Of a stretch of DNA of 64,000 nucleotides, positions 49,735 through 60,396 are shown one piece after another. The notes beneath the pieces were generated by a model. That model saw only the letters and a program-made list of their open reading frames with translations, made no database searches and had not been told where the DNA came from. The position numbers were made by a program, and so were the translations under genes. The stretch covers positions 76,902-140,901 of the forward strand of contig CAVSRH010000007.1 of the NCBI GenBank assembly GCA_963730235.1, in the 5' to 3' direction. The first letter of the stretch is position 1, and each line of letters opens with the position of its first letter. The stretch is from an uncultured Actinomycetes bacterium (GTDB taxonomy: Bacteria; Actinomycetota; Actinomycetes; Streptosporangiales; Streptosporangiaceae).

Positions 49735-50470
49735 CGCAGTCCTGGGTGCTGGCGAGGATCTCGGCCAGGTGGACCGTCGGCCGTGCCGGCGTTCAGCCGG
49801 GACAGGCCGCCGCCGATGTGCATCAGGCAGGAGCTGTCGCCGGCGGTGCACACCTCGGCCCGGGTGGCCAGCACCGCAGCGCATCTTGTCGGCGAGCATG
49901 GCCGTGGACACGTCGGCGTTCTTGACCGCGAACGTGCCGCCGAACCCGCAGCACACCTCGGCGTCCGGCAGCTCGACCAGGTCGATGCCCGCCACCCGGC
50001 GCAGCAGCCGCAGCGGCCGGTCGCCGACCCGCAGCAGGCGCAGCGAGTGGCAGGTCGGGTGGTAGGTGACCCGGTGCGGGTAGTAGGCACCGACATCCTC
50101 GACGCCGAGCACGTCGACCAGCAGCTCGGACAGCTCGTAGGTGCGCGCGGCGACCGCCTCGGCGCGCCGGGCCAGCGCCTCGTCCCCGAACCGCCGCGCC
50201 ACCATCGCATGCTGGTGCCGCACCGAACCGGTGCACGAGCCGGAGGGCACCACGACCACCTCGCAGTCCTCGAACACCTCGACGTACCGGCGCACCAGCG
50301 GCAGCGCCTCGCGCAGGTACCCGGTGTTCGTGTGCATCTGCCCGCAGCAGGTCTGCGCCTGCGGGAACGTCCACCTCGTGGCCGAGCCGCTCCAGCAGCC
50401 GCACGGTCGCCTGGCCGACCTGCGGGAACAGGGCGTCCGCCAGGCAGGTCACGAACAGCGCGATCCGCAT
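49731..50470 (-). pseudogene. lutA: lactate utilisation protein A (LutA, CCG-domain Fe-S oxidoreductase), at least 3 frameshifts
   Basis: MRIALFVTCLADALFPQVGQATVRLLERLGHEV, then QTCCGQMHTNTGY...CCGFGGTFAVKN, then VLATRAEVCTAGDSSCLMHIGGGL, then VHLAEILAST. The pieces lie in different frames. Confidence 0.8.
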
Positions 50471-51514
50471 TGCTCAGCCCCGGCCGCGCGCCCACGGGCC
50501 TGGCTGGACCGGCGCACCACCAGTTCCGGCTCGAACACCACCTGCCGGTGCTGGTGCGCCTCCTCGCCGAGCGCCTCCTCAAGCAGAAGCTGCGCGGCGG
50601 TGCGGCCGAGCAGCTGCCGCGGCTGGCGCACCGAGGACAGCGGGACCGCCGCCGCGGCGGCGAAGTCGATGTCGTCGTAGCCGATCGAGCGCGATGTCCT
50701 CGGGCACCCGGATCCGCTGGGCGGTCATCTCCTGCAGGACACCCAGGGCGAGCAGGTCGTTCGCGCAGAAGACCGCCGTGGGCCGCTGCTGCGGCGGCAG
50801 GGCCGCGAGCGCCGCGCCGGCCCGCAGCCCGGCGGCCACGTTCAGCGCGGGAGTGACGAGCATGTGCAGATCGGCGGCGCTGGCCCCGCCACGTTCCAGG
50901 GCGCGCACGGCGCCCTCGCGCCGGTCGGCCACCTGCCGGATGCTCAGCGGCCCGCCGACGAAGGCGATCCGGGCATGGCCCGTCCCGAGCAGGTGTGCCA
51001 CCGCCAGCTCCCCGCCGAGCACGTCGTCCACCGCGACCGAGCACTGGCCCCGGGCTGGTGACCGGCTGTCCACCAGGACCACCGGCGTGCCGCGCTGCTG
51101 CAGCCGGGCGAGCCGTTCGTCGTCGGCGGACACCGGGGTGATCAGGATGCCCTGCACCCGGTGCTCCTCCAGCAGCTCCAGGTAGTGCGTCTCCTTCGCC
51201 TGCTGGTCGTCGCTGTTGCACAGGATCACGGCCAGCCCGGACGCGTTCGCCTCGTCCTCGACCCCGCGGGCGACGTCGGTGAAGAACGGGTTCGCCACGT
51301 CCAGCACGACCAGGCCGATGGTGCGGCTGCGCCCGGCACGGAGCTGGCGCGCGGACTCGTTCCTGATGAAACCGAGCTGCTTGATGGCGTCCCTGACCCG
51401 GCTCCTGGTGGGCTCGGCGACGATGTCCGGCCGGTTCAGCACGTTCGAGACGGTCCCCACCGACACGCCCGCGTGCGCGGCAACCTCCCTGATGCTGGCC
51501 GGCGCGTCTGCCAC
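50449..51514 (-). pseudogene. LacI family transcriptional regulator (likely rhamnose regulon repressor), one frameshift
   Basis: GTG 51514. HTH IREVAAHAGVSVGTVSNVLNRP. Body intact to about 50690. IGYDDIDFAAAAAVPLSSVRQP continues in the frame of ORF 50449-50631. Confidence 0.85.
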
Positions 51515-51650
51515 GGTGCCCCTCCCGAATGTGGTGCCAGTGTGCGGCGCTCATTTGGAACGTGTCAAACGGCCAGGCCGTTCGCCGGCGGGGCTGGCCA
51601 CCATGGGGCGGTCAAGTCGATGTAACGATTCAACTACGCACCGCACAGCC

Positions 51651-51703
51651 CTTGACACGCAGGCGGCACGGGCTGACACTTCTGCACATCTTTGAAACGT
51701 TAC
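51651..51703 (+). promoter_or_regulatory. candidate promoter TTGACA-N17-GACACT plus LacI-type operator TTGAAACGTTACA
   Basis: -35 at 51651-56 and -10-like at 51674-79. Imperfect palindrome centred on AACGTT at 51691-51703. A related site TTTGGAACGTGTCAAA lies at 51553-68. Confidence 0.35.
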
Positions 51704-51741
51704 ATCCTGGGTTCAAGGAGGCTGGGTGCCGGCGCAACACC

Positions 51742-53262
51742 GTGGATGCCCCCGGCCAGGCCGGGCCGGTGCTGTCGCTGCGGCACGCGGCGAAGTCGTT
51801 CGGCGCGGTGCAAGCCGTGGTGGACGGGTCCGCCGACCTGTACCCCGGGGAGGCACACGCGCTGCTGGGCGAGAACGGCGCGGGCAAGTCCACCGTGGTG
51901 AAGATGCTGGCCGGGGTGTACCAGCCGGACGAGGGCGAGCTGCTCATCGGCGGCACCCCGGTTACCCTGCACAGCCCGGCCGCCGCCAGGGACGCCGGTA
52001 TCGCGGTCATCTACCAGGAGCCCACCCTGTTCCCCGACCTCACGGTCGCGGAGAACATCTTCATGGGCCGCCAGCCGCTGCGGGCTGGCCGGCGCATCGA
52101 CGGGCGGCGGATGCGCGGCCAGGCCGCCGCGCTGTTCGAGCGCCTGGGCGTCCGGCTCGACCCGGGCCGGATCTGCCGTGGCCTGTCCATCGCGGACCAG
52201 CAGATCGTGGAGATCGCCAAGGCGCTGTCGCTGGACGCGCGGGTGATCGTCATGGACGAGCCGACGGCAGCCCTGTCCGCGGCCGAGGTCGCCCGGCTGT
52301 TCGAGGTGGTGCGCGCCCTGTGCGCGGGCGGCGCGGCGGTGCTGTTCATCTCGCACCGGCTGGAGGAGGTCTTCGAGATCTGCCAGCGGGTCACCGTGAT
52401 GCGCGACGGCAGGCACGTGCTCACCAGCGAGCTGGCCGGCCTGACGGGCGACGACCTGGTGCGCGCCATGGTCGGCAGGGACGTGGCGCAGCGTGCCGCT
52501 GCCGCCCGGCACCGGCCGGGGACCGAGGTGCTGCGCGCAGAGCGTCTCACCAGGGAAGGCGTGTTCACCGACGTCTCGCTGCGGGTGCGGGCCGGCGAGA
52601 TCGTCGTGCTGGCCGGCCTGGTCGGGTCCGGCCGCAGCGAGGTGGCGCGGGCCATCTTCGGCATCGACAGGTACGACGCCGGCTCGGTGACGGTGGCCGG
52701 CAAGCCACTGAAGAAGGCGTCTCCGGCGGCGGCCATGGCGGCGGGCATCGGGTACGTCCCCGAGGACCGGCGCCAGCAGGGCCTGGTCATGGACATGTCG
52801 GTGCAGCAGAACATGGCCCTGGCCTCGCTGGGCCGGCTGCGCAAGGCGGGGCTCGTCCGGGCCTCCGCGGAGCGGGCGTTCGCCACCGACTGGGCGCAGC
52901 GGCTGCGGCTGAAGTACGGCAGGCTCACCGATCCGGTGTCCCGGCTGTCCGGCGGCAACCAGCAGAAGGTCGTGCTCGCCAAGTGGCTCGGCCGCCAGCC
53001 GTCGCTGCTCATCGTGGACGAGCCCACCCGCGGCATCGACATCGCCACCAAGGCCGAGGTGCACGCGCTGCTGGCGCGGCTCGCCGCCGAGGGCGTGGCG
53101 ATCCTGATGATCTCCTCGGAACTGCCCGAAGTGCTGCAGAACGGGGACCGGATCCTGGTCATCCGCGAGGGGCGGCTCGCCGCCGAATACCACCACGGGG
53201 AGGCCACCGAGGAGAAGATCATGACCGCGGCCACCGGCCAGGCGGAAGCGCAGCCATCATGA
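51742..53262 (+). CDS. sugar ABC transporter ATP-binding protein (two ABC domains; rhamnose cluster)
   Basis: GENGAGKST Walker A, LSIADQQIVEIAKAL, and a second LSGGNQQKVVLAKWL signature. Start at GTG 51742. An alternative is GTG 51726, 5 nt after AAGGAGG, if the C5 run at 51749-53 is 1 nt too long. Confidence 0.9.
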   Translation: MDAPGQAGPVLSLRHAAKSFGAVQAVVDGSADLYPGEAHALLGENGAGKSTVVKMLAGVYQPDEGELLIGGTPVTLHSPAAARDAGIAVIYQEPTLFPDLTVAENIFMGRQPLRAGRRIDGRRMRGQAAALFERLGVRLDPGRICRGLSIADQQIVEIAKALSLDARVIVMDEPTAALSAAEVARLFEVVRALCAGGAAVLFISHRLEEVFEICQRVTVMRDGRHVLTSELAGLTGDDLVRAMVGRDVAQRAAAARHRPGTEVLRAERLTREGVFTDVSLRVRAGEIVVLAGLVGSGRSEVARAIFGIDRYDAGSVTVAGKPLKKASPAAAMAAGIGYVPEDRRQQGLVMDMSVQQNMALASLGRLRKAGLVRASAERAFATDWAQRLRLKYGRLTDPVSRLSGGNQQKVVLAKWLGRQPSLLIVDEPTRGIDIATKAEVHALLARLAAEGVAILMISSELPEVLQNGDRILVIREGRLAAEYHHGEATEEKIMTAATGQAEAQPS

Positions 53263-53290
53263 CCGGGCCGAAGGCGAGTGGGATCAGAGC

Positions 53291-54343
53291 ATGAGCGCGA
53301 CCGCCACCGCGCGCCGGGAGCCCTCGGGGCCACCGGCCAAGGCCGGCTCGCGCAGGCTCACCGAGCGGGTGTTCCGGATCCGGGAGTCCGGCATCATCGT
53401 CGTGCTCGCCATGTTCGTCGGGGTCACCGCGGCCATCCAGCCGAGGTTCGTCGGGTCCCAGGAGATCGGCTTCATCCTGGCCAACACCACCGTGTTCGCC
53501 CTGCTCGCGCTCGGCGAGACCATCGTGGTGATCAGCCGGAACGTGGACCTGTCCATCGGCTCGGTGCTGGGGCTGTCGGCCTACCTGTCGGCCAGCCTGT
53601 TCGGCGCGCACCACGGCATCCCGATACCGGTGGTGTTTCTGGCTGGGCTTGGCATCGGCCTGGCTTGTGGGGCCGCCAACGGGCTCATGGTGTCGCTCGG
53701 GAAGGTGCCCAGCCTCGTCGTCACCCTCGCCACCCTGTACATCATCCGCGGCATCGACATCCTCATCGTCGGCGGGAACGAGGTCGTCGCGCAGACCCTG
53801 CCGAACGCCTTCATCCAGATCCCCAAGGCCGAGGTGCTGGGGGTCCCGTACCTGGCCATCGCGGTCGCCGCGGTGGTCGGGGCGGGAGCGTACTACCTTC
53901 GCTCGTTCCGGTCGGGCCGGGACCTGTACGCGATCGGGTCCAACCCGGAGGCGGCCCGGCTGGCCGCCATCCCGGTGGGCCGGCGGGTGTTCACCGCGTT
54001 CGCGGTCAGCGGTGCCATTGCCGGGGTGGCCGGGGTGCTCTGGGCCGCGCAGTACCAGACCATCGACTCCACCGCGGGCACCGGCTACGAGTTGCAGGTG
54101 ATCGCCGCGGTCGTGGTCGGCGGGGTGGCGATCTTCGGTGGCAGCGGCAGTGCGGTGGGCGCGGCGATCGGCGCGCTCCTGCTCAACACGATCAACTCGG
54201 CGCTGTACGTGCTCGGCATCTCCCCGTTCTGGGATCAGGCGATCGCCGGCTTCCTGCTGCTGGTGGCCATCGCGCTGGACCGGGCCATCTCGGTGCGGCT
54301 GGCGGCCGCCCTGCGACGAAGGAGTTCCGGTGTCGGCACGTGA
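53291..54343 (+). CDS. ABC transporter permease (RbsC-like)
   Basis: 350-aa intact ORF. GEIDLSIGS-type NVDLSIGSVLGLS and GGVAIFGGSGS. Confidence 0.9.
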   Translation: MSATATARREPSGPPAKAGSRRLTERVFRIRESGIIVVLAMFVGVTAAIQPRFVGSQEIGFILANTTVFALLALGETIVVISRNVDLSIGSVLGLSAYLSASLFGAHHGIPIPVVFLAGLGIGLACGAANGLMVSLGKVPSLVVTLATLYIIRGIDILIVGGNEVVAQTLPNAFIQIPKAEVLGVPYLAIAVAAVVGAGAYYLRSFRSGRDLYAIGSNPEAARLAAIPVGRRVFTAFAVSGAIAGVAGVLWAAQYQTIDSTAGTGYELQVIAAVVVGGVAIFGGSGSAVGAAIGALLLNTINSALYVLGISPFWDQAIAGFLLLVAIALDRAISVRLAAALRRRSSGVGT

Positions 54344-55370
54344 CCGGGTCAGGCCCGCGCCGGCCCTGCTGCGCTCGGTGATGCGCGGCGCGATGCGCTG
54401 GGAGACCGGCCTCGCCGCGGGCGTGGTCGCCATCGTCATCTTCGGGGCCAGCACCTCTGCTCAGTTCCTGACCAGCGGAAACATCTTCAACATGGAGGTG
54501 ACGTCCGGGGAGATAGCGATCATGGCGCTGCCCATGACGCTCATCATCATCAGCGGCGAGATCGACCTGTCCGTCGCATCCACGCTGGGCATGTCGAGCG
54601 CACTGCTGGGGTTCCTGTGGGCCAGGCACTGGCCGATGCTGGCCATCTTCGCCGTCCTGGTACTGCTCGGCCTGGCCGCCGGGGCGTTCAACGGCCTGCT
54701 GGTGACCAGGCTCGGGCTGCCGTCGCTGGCGGTGACCATCGGCACGCTGGCGCTCTACCGGGGCATCGCGCTGATCATCCTGGGCTCGAACACGATCTCC
54801 AACTTCCCCGCCGCCTACACCTCCATCGGCGTCACCGCGGTCCCGCACACGAACATCCCCTGGTCCGTTGCGATCTTCGTGGTGCTGGCGGTGGTCTTCG
54901 GCGTGGTGCTGCACGCCACGGCCACCGGCCGGTCCATCTACGCCATGGGAGCCGGGACCGAGGCGGCGCTGTTCGCCGGGATCCGGGTCAAGCGCATCAA
55001 GACCGGGCTGTTCATGACCTCCGGCCTGGTCTGCGCGCTGGCCGGGGTGCTGTGGACGTTCCGTCTCGCCACCGCGGTGCAGAACAACGGCATCGGTGCG
55101 GAACTGAACGTGGTCGCGATCGTCCTGCTCGGCGGGGTCTCCATCTTCGGCGGCAAGGGCTCGATCGGCGGGGTGGTGCTCGCCGTGCTGGCCCTGGCCG
55201 GCCTGCAGGGGGCGCTGCTGCTGACCAACTTCAACCAGGAGGCCATCGGCATCGTCATCGGCGGCCTGCTGCTCGTCAGTGTCTTCGTGCCTAACGCGGC
55301 GCCCGTCCTTGGCCGGGCGCGTGCACTGCTGCGGGCCGGAAGCCCTGCCTCGGAGGTCAGCCATGACTGA
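54330..55370 (+). CDS. ABC transporter permease (RbsC-like), second subunit
   Basis: GTG 54330 with AAGGAG 6 nt upstream. GEIDLSVASTLGMS and GGVSIFGGKGS. Confidence 0.9.
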   Translation: MSARDRVRPAPALLRSVMRGAMRWETGLAAGVVAIVIFGASTSAQFLTSGNIFNMEVTSGEIAIMALPMTLIIISGEIDLSVASTLGMSSALLGFLWARHWPMLAIFAVLVLLGLAAGAFNGLLVTRLGLPSLAVTIGTLALYRGIALIILGSNTISNFPAAYTSIGVTAVPHTNIPWSVAIFVVLAVVFGVVLHATATGRSIYAMGAGTEAALFAGIRVKRIKTGLFMTSGLVCALAGVLWTFRLATAVQNNGIGAELNVVAIVLLGGVSIFGGKGSIGGVVLAVLALAGLQGALLLTNFNQEAIGIVIGGLLLVSVFVPNAAPVLGRARALLRAGSPASEVSHD

Positions 55371-55508
55371 CTCGCCACCGGCTCCCGCACCCAGTCCGGC
55401 ACCGGATGCGGGCTCCGGCCGGGGGTCCGATCACCTCCGGCCCGCGGCCCGCACTCGCCCGGCCGCCCTCTATTGGTTTTCTAACCCCGAAGTTGAAAGG
55501 ATTCAGTT

Positions 55509-56569
55509 ATGAGCCGTTCCCTCAGACGGGTACTGACCGGTCCCGTCGTGCTGCTGGTGGCGTGCTCCGTCCTCGCCGCGTGCAGCGGTTCCTCCAGCAG
55601 TTCCACCCCCTCGTCATCGTCGGGCTCGACCGGGGCGGCGGGCTGAAGAAGGGGCTGAAGGTCTTCGTCATCCCGAAGAACCTCGGCAACCCCTACTTCA
55701 CCACCGCGGACAGCGTGAAGTCGGGCGGGGCGCTGGCCGCGCTCGCGGCGCTGGGGGAAACCGGCAGCGAGACCAGTGGCACCGCCGCGACCCCCGCCTC
55801 CCAGATCCCGGCGATCCAGGCGGCGATCACCAAGGGCGCCAACATCCTCATCGTGTCGGCCACCGACCCCTCGGCACTGTGCCCCACGCTCAACTCCGCC
55901 ATGGCCAAGGGCATCACCGTGGTCATGTATGACTCGGACGCGCCTGCCTGCCGGGACCTGTTCGTGAACCAGGCGTCCACCGCGCAGATCGGGACCAGCG
56001 AGGTTGACCTGCTCGCCAAGCAGATCCACGACACCGGTGACATAGGCATCGTCTCCGCCGCCGCGTCCGCGCCGAACCAGAACGCCTGGATCGGCTACAT
56101 GAAGCAGGAGCTGAAGAAGTACCCGAAGATGCACCTGGTGAGCATCGTCTACGGCAACGACGACCCGACGACCGCGACCCAGGTCACCCAGGGCCTGCTG
56201 CAGCAGCACCCGAATCTCAAGGGCATCATCTCCCCGACGACCGTCGGCATCCTGGCCGCGGCCCAGGTGGTCGACTCGCCGAAGTACCGGGGGAAGGTCG
56301 CGGTGACCGGCCTGGGCACCCCCGACTCGCTGAAGAAGTACGTCGCGGACGGCACCGTCCAGGCCTTCGAGCTGTGGAACCCGGCCAACCTCGGCTACCT
56401 GGCCGCCTACGCGGCGGTCAACTTCGCCTCGAAGAAGATCACCAACGCCGCCGGGCAGTCGTTCACCGCGGGCAAGCTCGGCAAGTACACCGTCGGCGCG
56501 AGCCACACCATCCTGCTCGGCCCGCCGTTCGTGTTCACCAAGGCAAACATCAACAACTTCAACTTCTAG
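55509..56569 (+). pseudogene. rhamnose-type ABC substrate-binding lipoprotein, one frameshift
   Basis: ATG 55509. The signal/lipobox LLVACSVLAACSG is in frame 0 and stops at 55644. The mature part (LKVFVIPKNLGNPYFTTA...) is in ORF 55406-56569. One missing base near 55635-55643 joins them. Confidence 0.85.
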
Positions 56570-56576
56570 CGCGCAG

Positions 56577-56611
56577 CGGCTGGCGCCGCGATCCTGCCGG
56601 GGCGCCAGCCG
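56577..56611 (+). terminator. stem-loop after the binding-protein gene
   Basis: Perfect 11-bp stem cggctggcgcc / ggcgccagccg with a 13-nt loop and no T-tract. May only attenuate within the operon. Confidence 0.4.
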
Positions 56612-56699
56612 TCCTCCGGTACGGGCGCCGGGGCGGCATCCTCCAGCCGCCCGGCGCCCGGCCCGGAGCCACCCGACACCGATGCCAAGGAGGTGCCCG

Positions 56700-57020
56700 T
56701 TGCAGCGCGTCTGCTTCCTCGCCAGGGTCCGGCCGGACCGGCTGGCGCAGTACCGGGCGGCCCACCGCCAGGTCTGGCCCGAGATGACCGCCGCGCTGCG
56801 GGCGGCGGGCTGGGCCAACTACACCCTGTTCCTCGACGACGATGGCCTAGTTATCGGATATCTGGAGACCGACGACTTCGACGCGGCACGACAGCGGATG
56901 GAGCAGGCCGGCGTGAACGCTCGCTGGCAGGCCGAGATGGCCCCGTTTTTCGATGACACTGGTGGCCAGCGCCCGGACGAGGGATTCCGCCAGATCACCG
57001 AGATCTTCCACCTCGACTGA
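56700..57020 (+). CDS. rhaM: L-rhamnose mutarotase
   Basis: TTG 56700, 6 nt after AAGGAGG. QRVCFLARVRPDRLAQYRAAHRQVWPEM...WQAEMAPFF. Confidence 0.85.
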   Translation: MQRVCFLARVRPDRLAQYRAAHRQVWPEMTAALRAAGWANYTLFLDDDGLVIGYLETDDFDAARQRMEQAGVNARWQAEMAPFFDDTGGQRPDEGFRQITEIFHLD

Positions 57021-57067
57021 GCCGCCCGTACCGAGCCGCTCACCGCGCCGCCTGGAGATGACGAGAG

Positions 57068-58234
57068 ATGCCTGAGTTGACCGCCGTGAAAGCCGCGCTG
57101 CGGGCGCAGCGGATCGAGACGCCGTCGTGGGCGTTTGGTAACACCGGGACCCGGTTCAAGGTCTTCGCCCAGCCGGGAGTGCCGCGCACGGTGACCGAGA
57201 AGATCGACGACGCGGCGCAGGTACACAGGTTCACCGGTGCCGCCCCGTCGGTGGCGGTGCACATTCCCTGGGATGCGGTCGATGACTACGGCGCGCTGGC
57301 GGCGTATGCCAAGGATCAGGGTGTCGCCCTTGGCACGGTGAACGCGAACGTGTTCCAGGACGATGCCTACCGGCTGGGCAGCGTCGCCAACCCCGACCCC
57401 GCGGTGCGCGCCCGGGCCGTGGCGCACCTGGTGGAGTGCATCGGCATCATGGACGCCACCGGGTCGCGGGACCTGAAGCTGTGGTTCGCCGACGGCACCA
57501 ACTACCCCGGGCAGGACGACATCGCCGCCCGGCAGGACCGGCTCGCGGCGGCGCTGCGCGAGGTGTACGCGCGGCTCGGCGCGGACCAGCGGATGCTGCT
57601 GGAGTACAAGCTGTTCGAGCCGTCGTTCTACACCACCGACGTGCCGGACTGGGGCACCGCGCTGCTGCACTGCACCGCGCTCGGCCCGCAGGCGGCGGTC
57701 GTGGTGGACACCGGGCACCACGCGCCGGGCACCAACATCGAGTTCATCGTGGCGCTGCTGCTGCGCGCCGGGCGGCTGGGCGGGTTCGACTTCAACTCGC
57801 GGTTCTACGCCGACGACGACCTGATGGTCGGTGCGGCGGATCCGTTCCAGCTGTTCCGCATCCTGCACGAGGTCGTCAAGGCCGGGGCGCTGCGCCCCGG
57901 GGCGGGCATCGCGTTCATGCTGGACCAGTGCCACAACATCGAGCCGAAGATACCCGCGCAGATCCGGTCGGTCATGAACGTGCAGGAAGCCACCGCCAAG
58001 GCGCTGCTCATCGACACCGCCGCGCTGGCCGCGGCCCAGGCATCCGGGGACGTGCTCGGCGCGAACGCGGTGCTGATGGACGCCTACAACACCGACGTCC
58101 GCCCGCTGCTGGCGGAGCTGCGCGCCGACATGGGCCTGGACCCGGATCCCATCGCCGCCTACCACCGCTCCGGCTACGCCGAGAAGATCGTCGCCGACCG
58201 CATCGGCGGCACCCCGGCCAGCTGGGGTAGCTGA
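57068..58234 (+). CDS. rhaI: L-rhamnose isomerase (actinobacterial/Pseudomonas stutzeri type)
   Basis: 388-aa intact ORF. IETPSWAFGNTGTRFKVF, LLEYKLFEP, VDTGHHAPGTNIEFIV and FDFNSRFYADDDL. Confidence 0.92.
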   Translation: MPELTAVKAALRAQRIETPSWAFGNTGTRFKVFAQPGVPRTVTEKIDDAAQVHRFTGAAPSVAVHIPWDAVDDYGALAAYAKDQGVALGTVNANVFQDDAYRLGSVANPDPAVRARAVAHLVECIGIMDATGSRDLKLWFADGTNYPGQDDIAARQDRLAAALREVYARLGADQRMLLEYKLFEPSFYTTDVPDWGTALLHCTALGPQAAVVVDTGHHAPGTNIEFIVALLLRAGRLGGFDFNSRFYADDDLMVGAADPFQLFRILHEVVKAGALRPGAGIAFMLDQCHNIEPKIPAQIRSVMNVQEATAKALLIDTAALAAAQASGDVLGANAVLMDAYNTDVRPLLAELRADMGLDPDPIAAYHRSGYAEKIVADRIGGTPASWGS

Positions 58235-58316
58235 GGCCCGCGATCATGGCGACTTGGTGCCATAGCGCACAACAAAGCCATGATCACGAAGAGGGAGGCC
58301 GCAGGGGAGGTTGCTG

Positions 58317-60396
58317 ATGGTGCAGGAGGTGCCGGCTGAGGTTGCTGAGCTGATCGGGCGGAGCAACCGGCTCGGCTCGGACCGGCGCAACACCAACTAC
58401 GCCGGTGGCAACACCTCGGCCAAGGGCACGGCGGCCGACCCGGTGACCGGGGAGCCGGTGGAACTGCTCTGGGTGAAGGGCTCCGGCGGCGACCTCGGCA
58501 CGCTGACCCCGGCCGGGCTGGCGGTGCTGCGGCTGGACCGGCTCCGCGCGCTCACCGGCGTGTACCCGGGAGTCGAGCGCGAGGACGAGATGGTGGCCGC
58601 GTTCGACTACTGCCTCCATGGCCTGGGTGGGGTGGTGGGGTCAGGACCAGCAGAGCGTGGGGCTCCGCCGTCGATTGATACGGCGATGCACGGGCTGGTG
58701 GACGCGCCGCACGTGGACCATCTGCACCCCGACTCGGGGATCGCGTTCGCCGCCGCGGCCGACGGCGAGGCGCTGACCGCCGAGTGCTTCGGCGGCCGGG
58801 TGGGCTGGGTGCCCTGGCGCCGCCCCGGGTTCCAGCTCGGCCTGGACATCGCCGGGCTGCACCGGGCCAGCCCGGGCATGATCGGCGTCATACTGGGCGG
58901 CCACGGCATCACCGCGTGGGGCGCGACCAGCGAGGAGTGCGAGGCGAACTCGCTGGAGATCATCGCGGCGGCACAGCGGTACCTGGACGAACATGGCTCC
59001 GCCGAGCCGTTCGGCGGCCGGTGATAACGGGCTTCGGGCCGATGCCGGACGCCGGAGCGCCGGGCCCGGGCCGCTGCAGCTGGCGCCGCTGCATGCGCGG
59101 CCTGGCCCGCACCGACCGGCCGCAGGTGGGCCACTACACCGACGGCCCCGCCGTGCTGGACTTCCTCGCCAGGAGCGAGCACCCGCGGCTGGCGGCGCTG
59201 GGTACCTCCTGCCCGGACCACTTCCTGCGGACCAAGGTCGCGCCGCTGGTGCTCGACCTGCCGCCGGCCGCGCCGCTGGCCGAGGCGGCCGGCCGCCTGC
59301 GCGAGCTGCACGCCGCCTACCGGGCGGCCTACCGCGCCTACTACGAGCGGCACGCCACGGCGGATTCCCCGCCGATGCGCGGCGCCGACCCGGCCATCGT
59401 GCTGGTGCCGGGCGTCGGCATGTTCAGCTTCGGCGCGGACAAGCAGACCGCGCGGGTGGCCGGCGAGTTCTACGTCAACGCGATCAACGTGATGCGCGGC
59501 GCCGAGTCGGTCTCCGCGTACGCGCCGATCGGCGAGAGCGAGAAGTTCCGGATCGAGTACTGGGAGCTGGAGGAGGCCAAGCTGCGCCGGCGGCCAGCGC
59601 CGCAGCCGCTGGCGGCCGGGTCGCGCTGGTCACCGGGGGCGGGTCGGGCATCGGGCGGGCGACCGCGCAGCGGCTGGCCGCCGAGGGCGCGTGCGTGGTG
59701 CTCGCCGACCGGGACGGCGCCGCGGCCGAGCTGGCGGCGGCGGAGATCGGGACCGCCGACGTCGCCGTGGACGTCACCGCCGACGTCACCGACGAGGCCA
59801 GCATCGCCGGGGCGTTCGCCGTGGCGGCGCTCGCGTTCGGCGGGGTGGACCTGGTGGTGAACAACGCCGGCCTGTCGGTGTCCAAGGCGCTGGCCGAGAC
59901 CACCGCGGCCGACTGGGACCTGCAGCACGCGGTGATGGCCCGCGGGTCGTTCCTGGTGTCCCGCGCGGCGGCCCAGGTGATGCGGGCGCAGGGCATGGGC
60001 GGGGACATCGTCTACATCTGCAGCAAGAACGCGGTGTTCGCCGGGCCGAGCAACGTCGCCTACGGCGCGGCCAAGGCCGACCAGGCGCACCAGGTCCGGC
60101 TGCTCGCCGCCGAGCTGGGCGAGTACGGCATCCGGGTGAACGGCATCAACCCCGACGCCGTGGTCCGCGGCTCCGGGATCTTCGCCGGGGGCTGGGGCGC
60201 GCAGCGGGCCGCGGTCTACGGCGTGCCGGAATCCGAGCTCGGCGCCTTCTACGCACAGCGCACGCTGCTCAAGCGCGAGGTCCTGCCCGAGCATGTGGCG
60301 GCCGCGGTGTTCGTGCTCACCGCGGGCGAGCTGCCGGTGACCACCGGACTGCACATCCCGGTGGACGCCGGGGTGGCGGCCGCGTTCCTCCGGTGA
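58317..60396 (+). pseudogene. bifunctional rhamnulose-1-phosphate aldolase / short-chain dehydrogenase, at least 4 frameshifts
   Basis: - Frame 0: NTNYAGGNTSAKG and the aldolase part, stopping at 59024.
- 59025-59100: three frames used (PVITGFGPMPDA / RRSAGPGPLQLAPL / MRGLARTDRPQVGHYTD).
- Final switch near 59610: into VALVTGGGSGIGRATA...YGAAKADQAH (SDR), ending at 60396. Confidence 0.88.
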
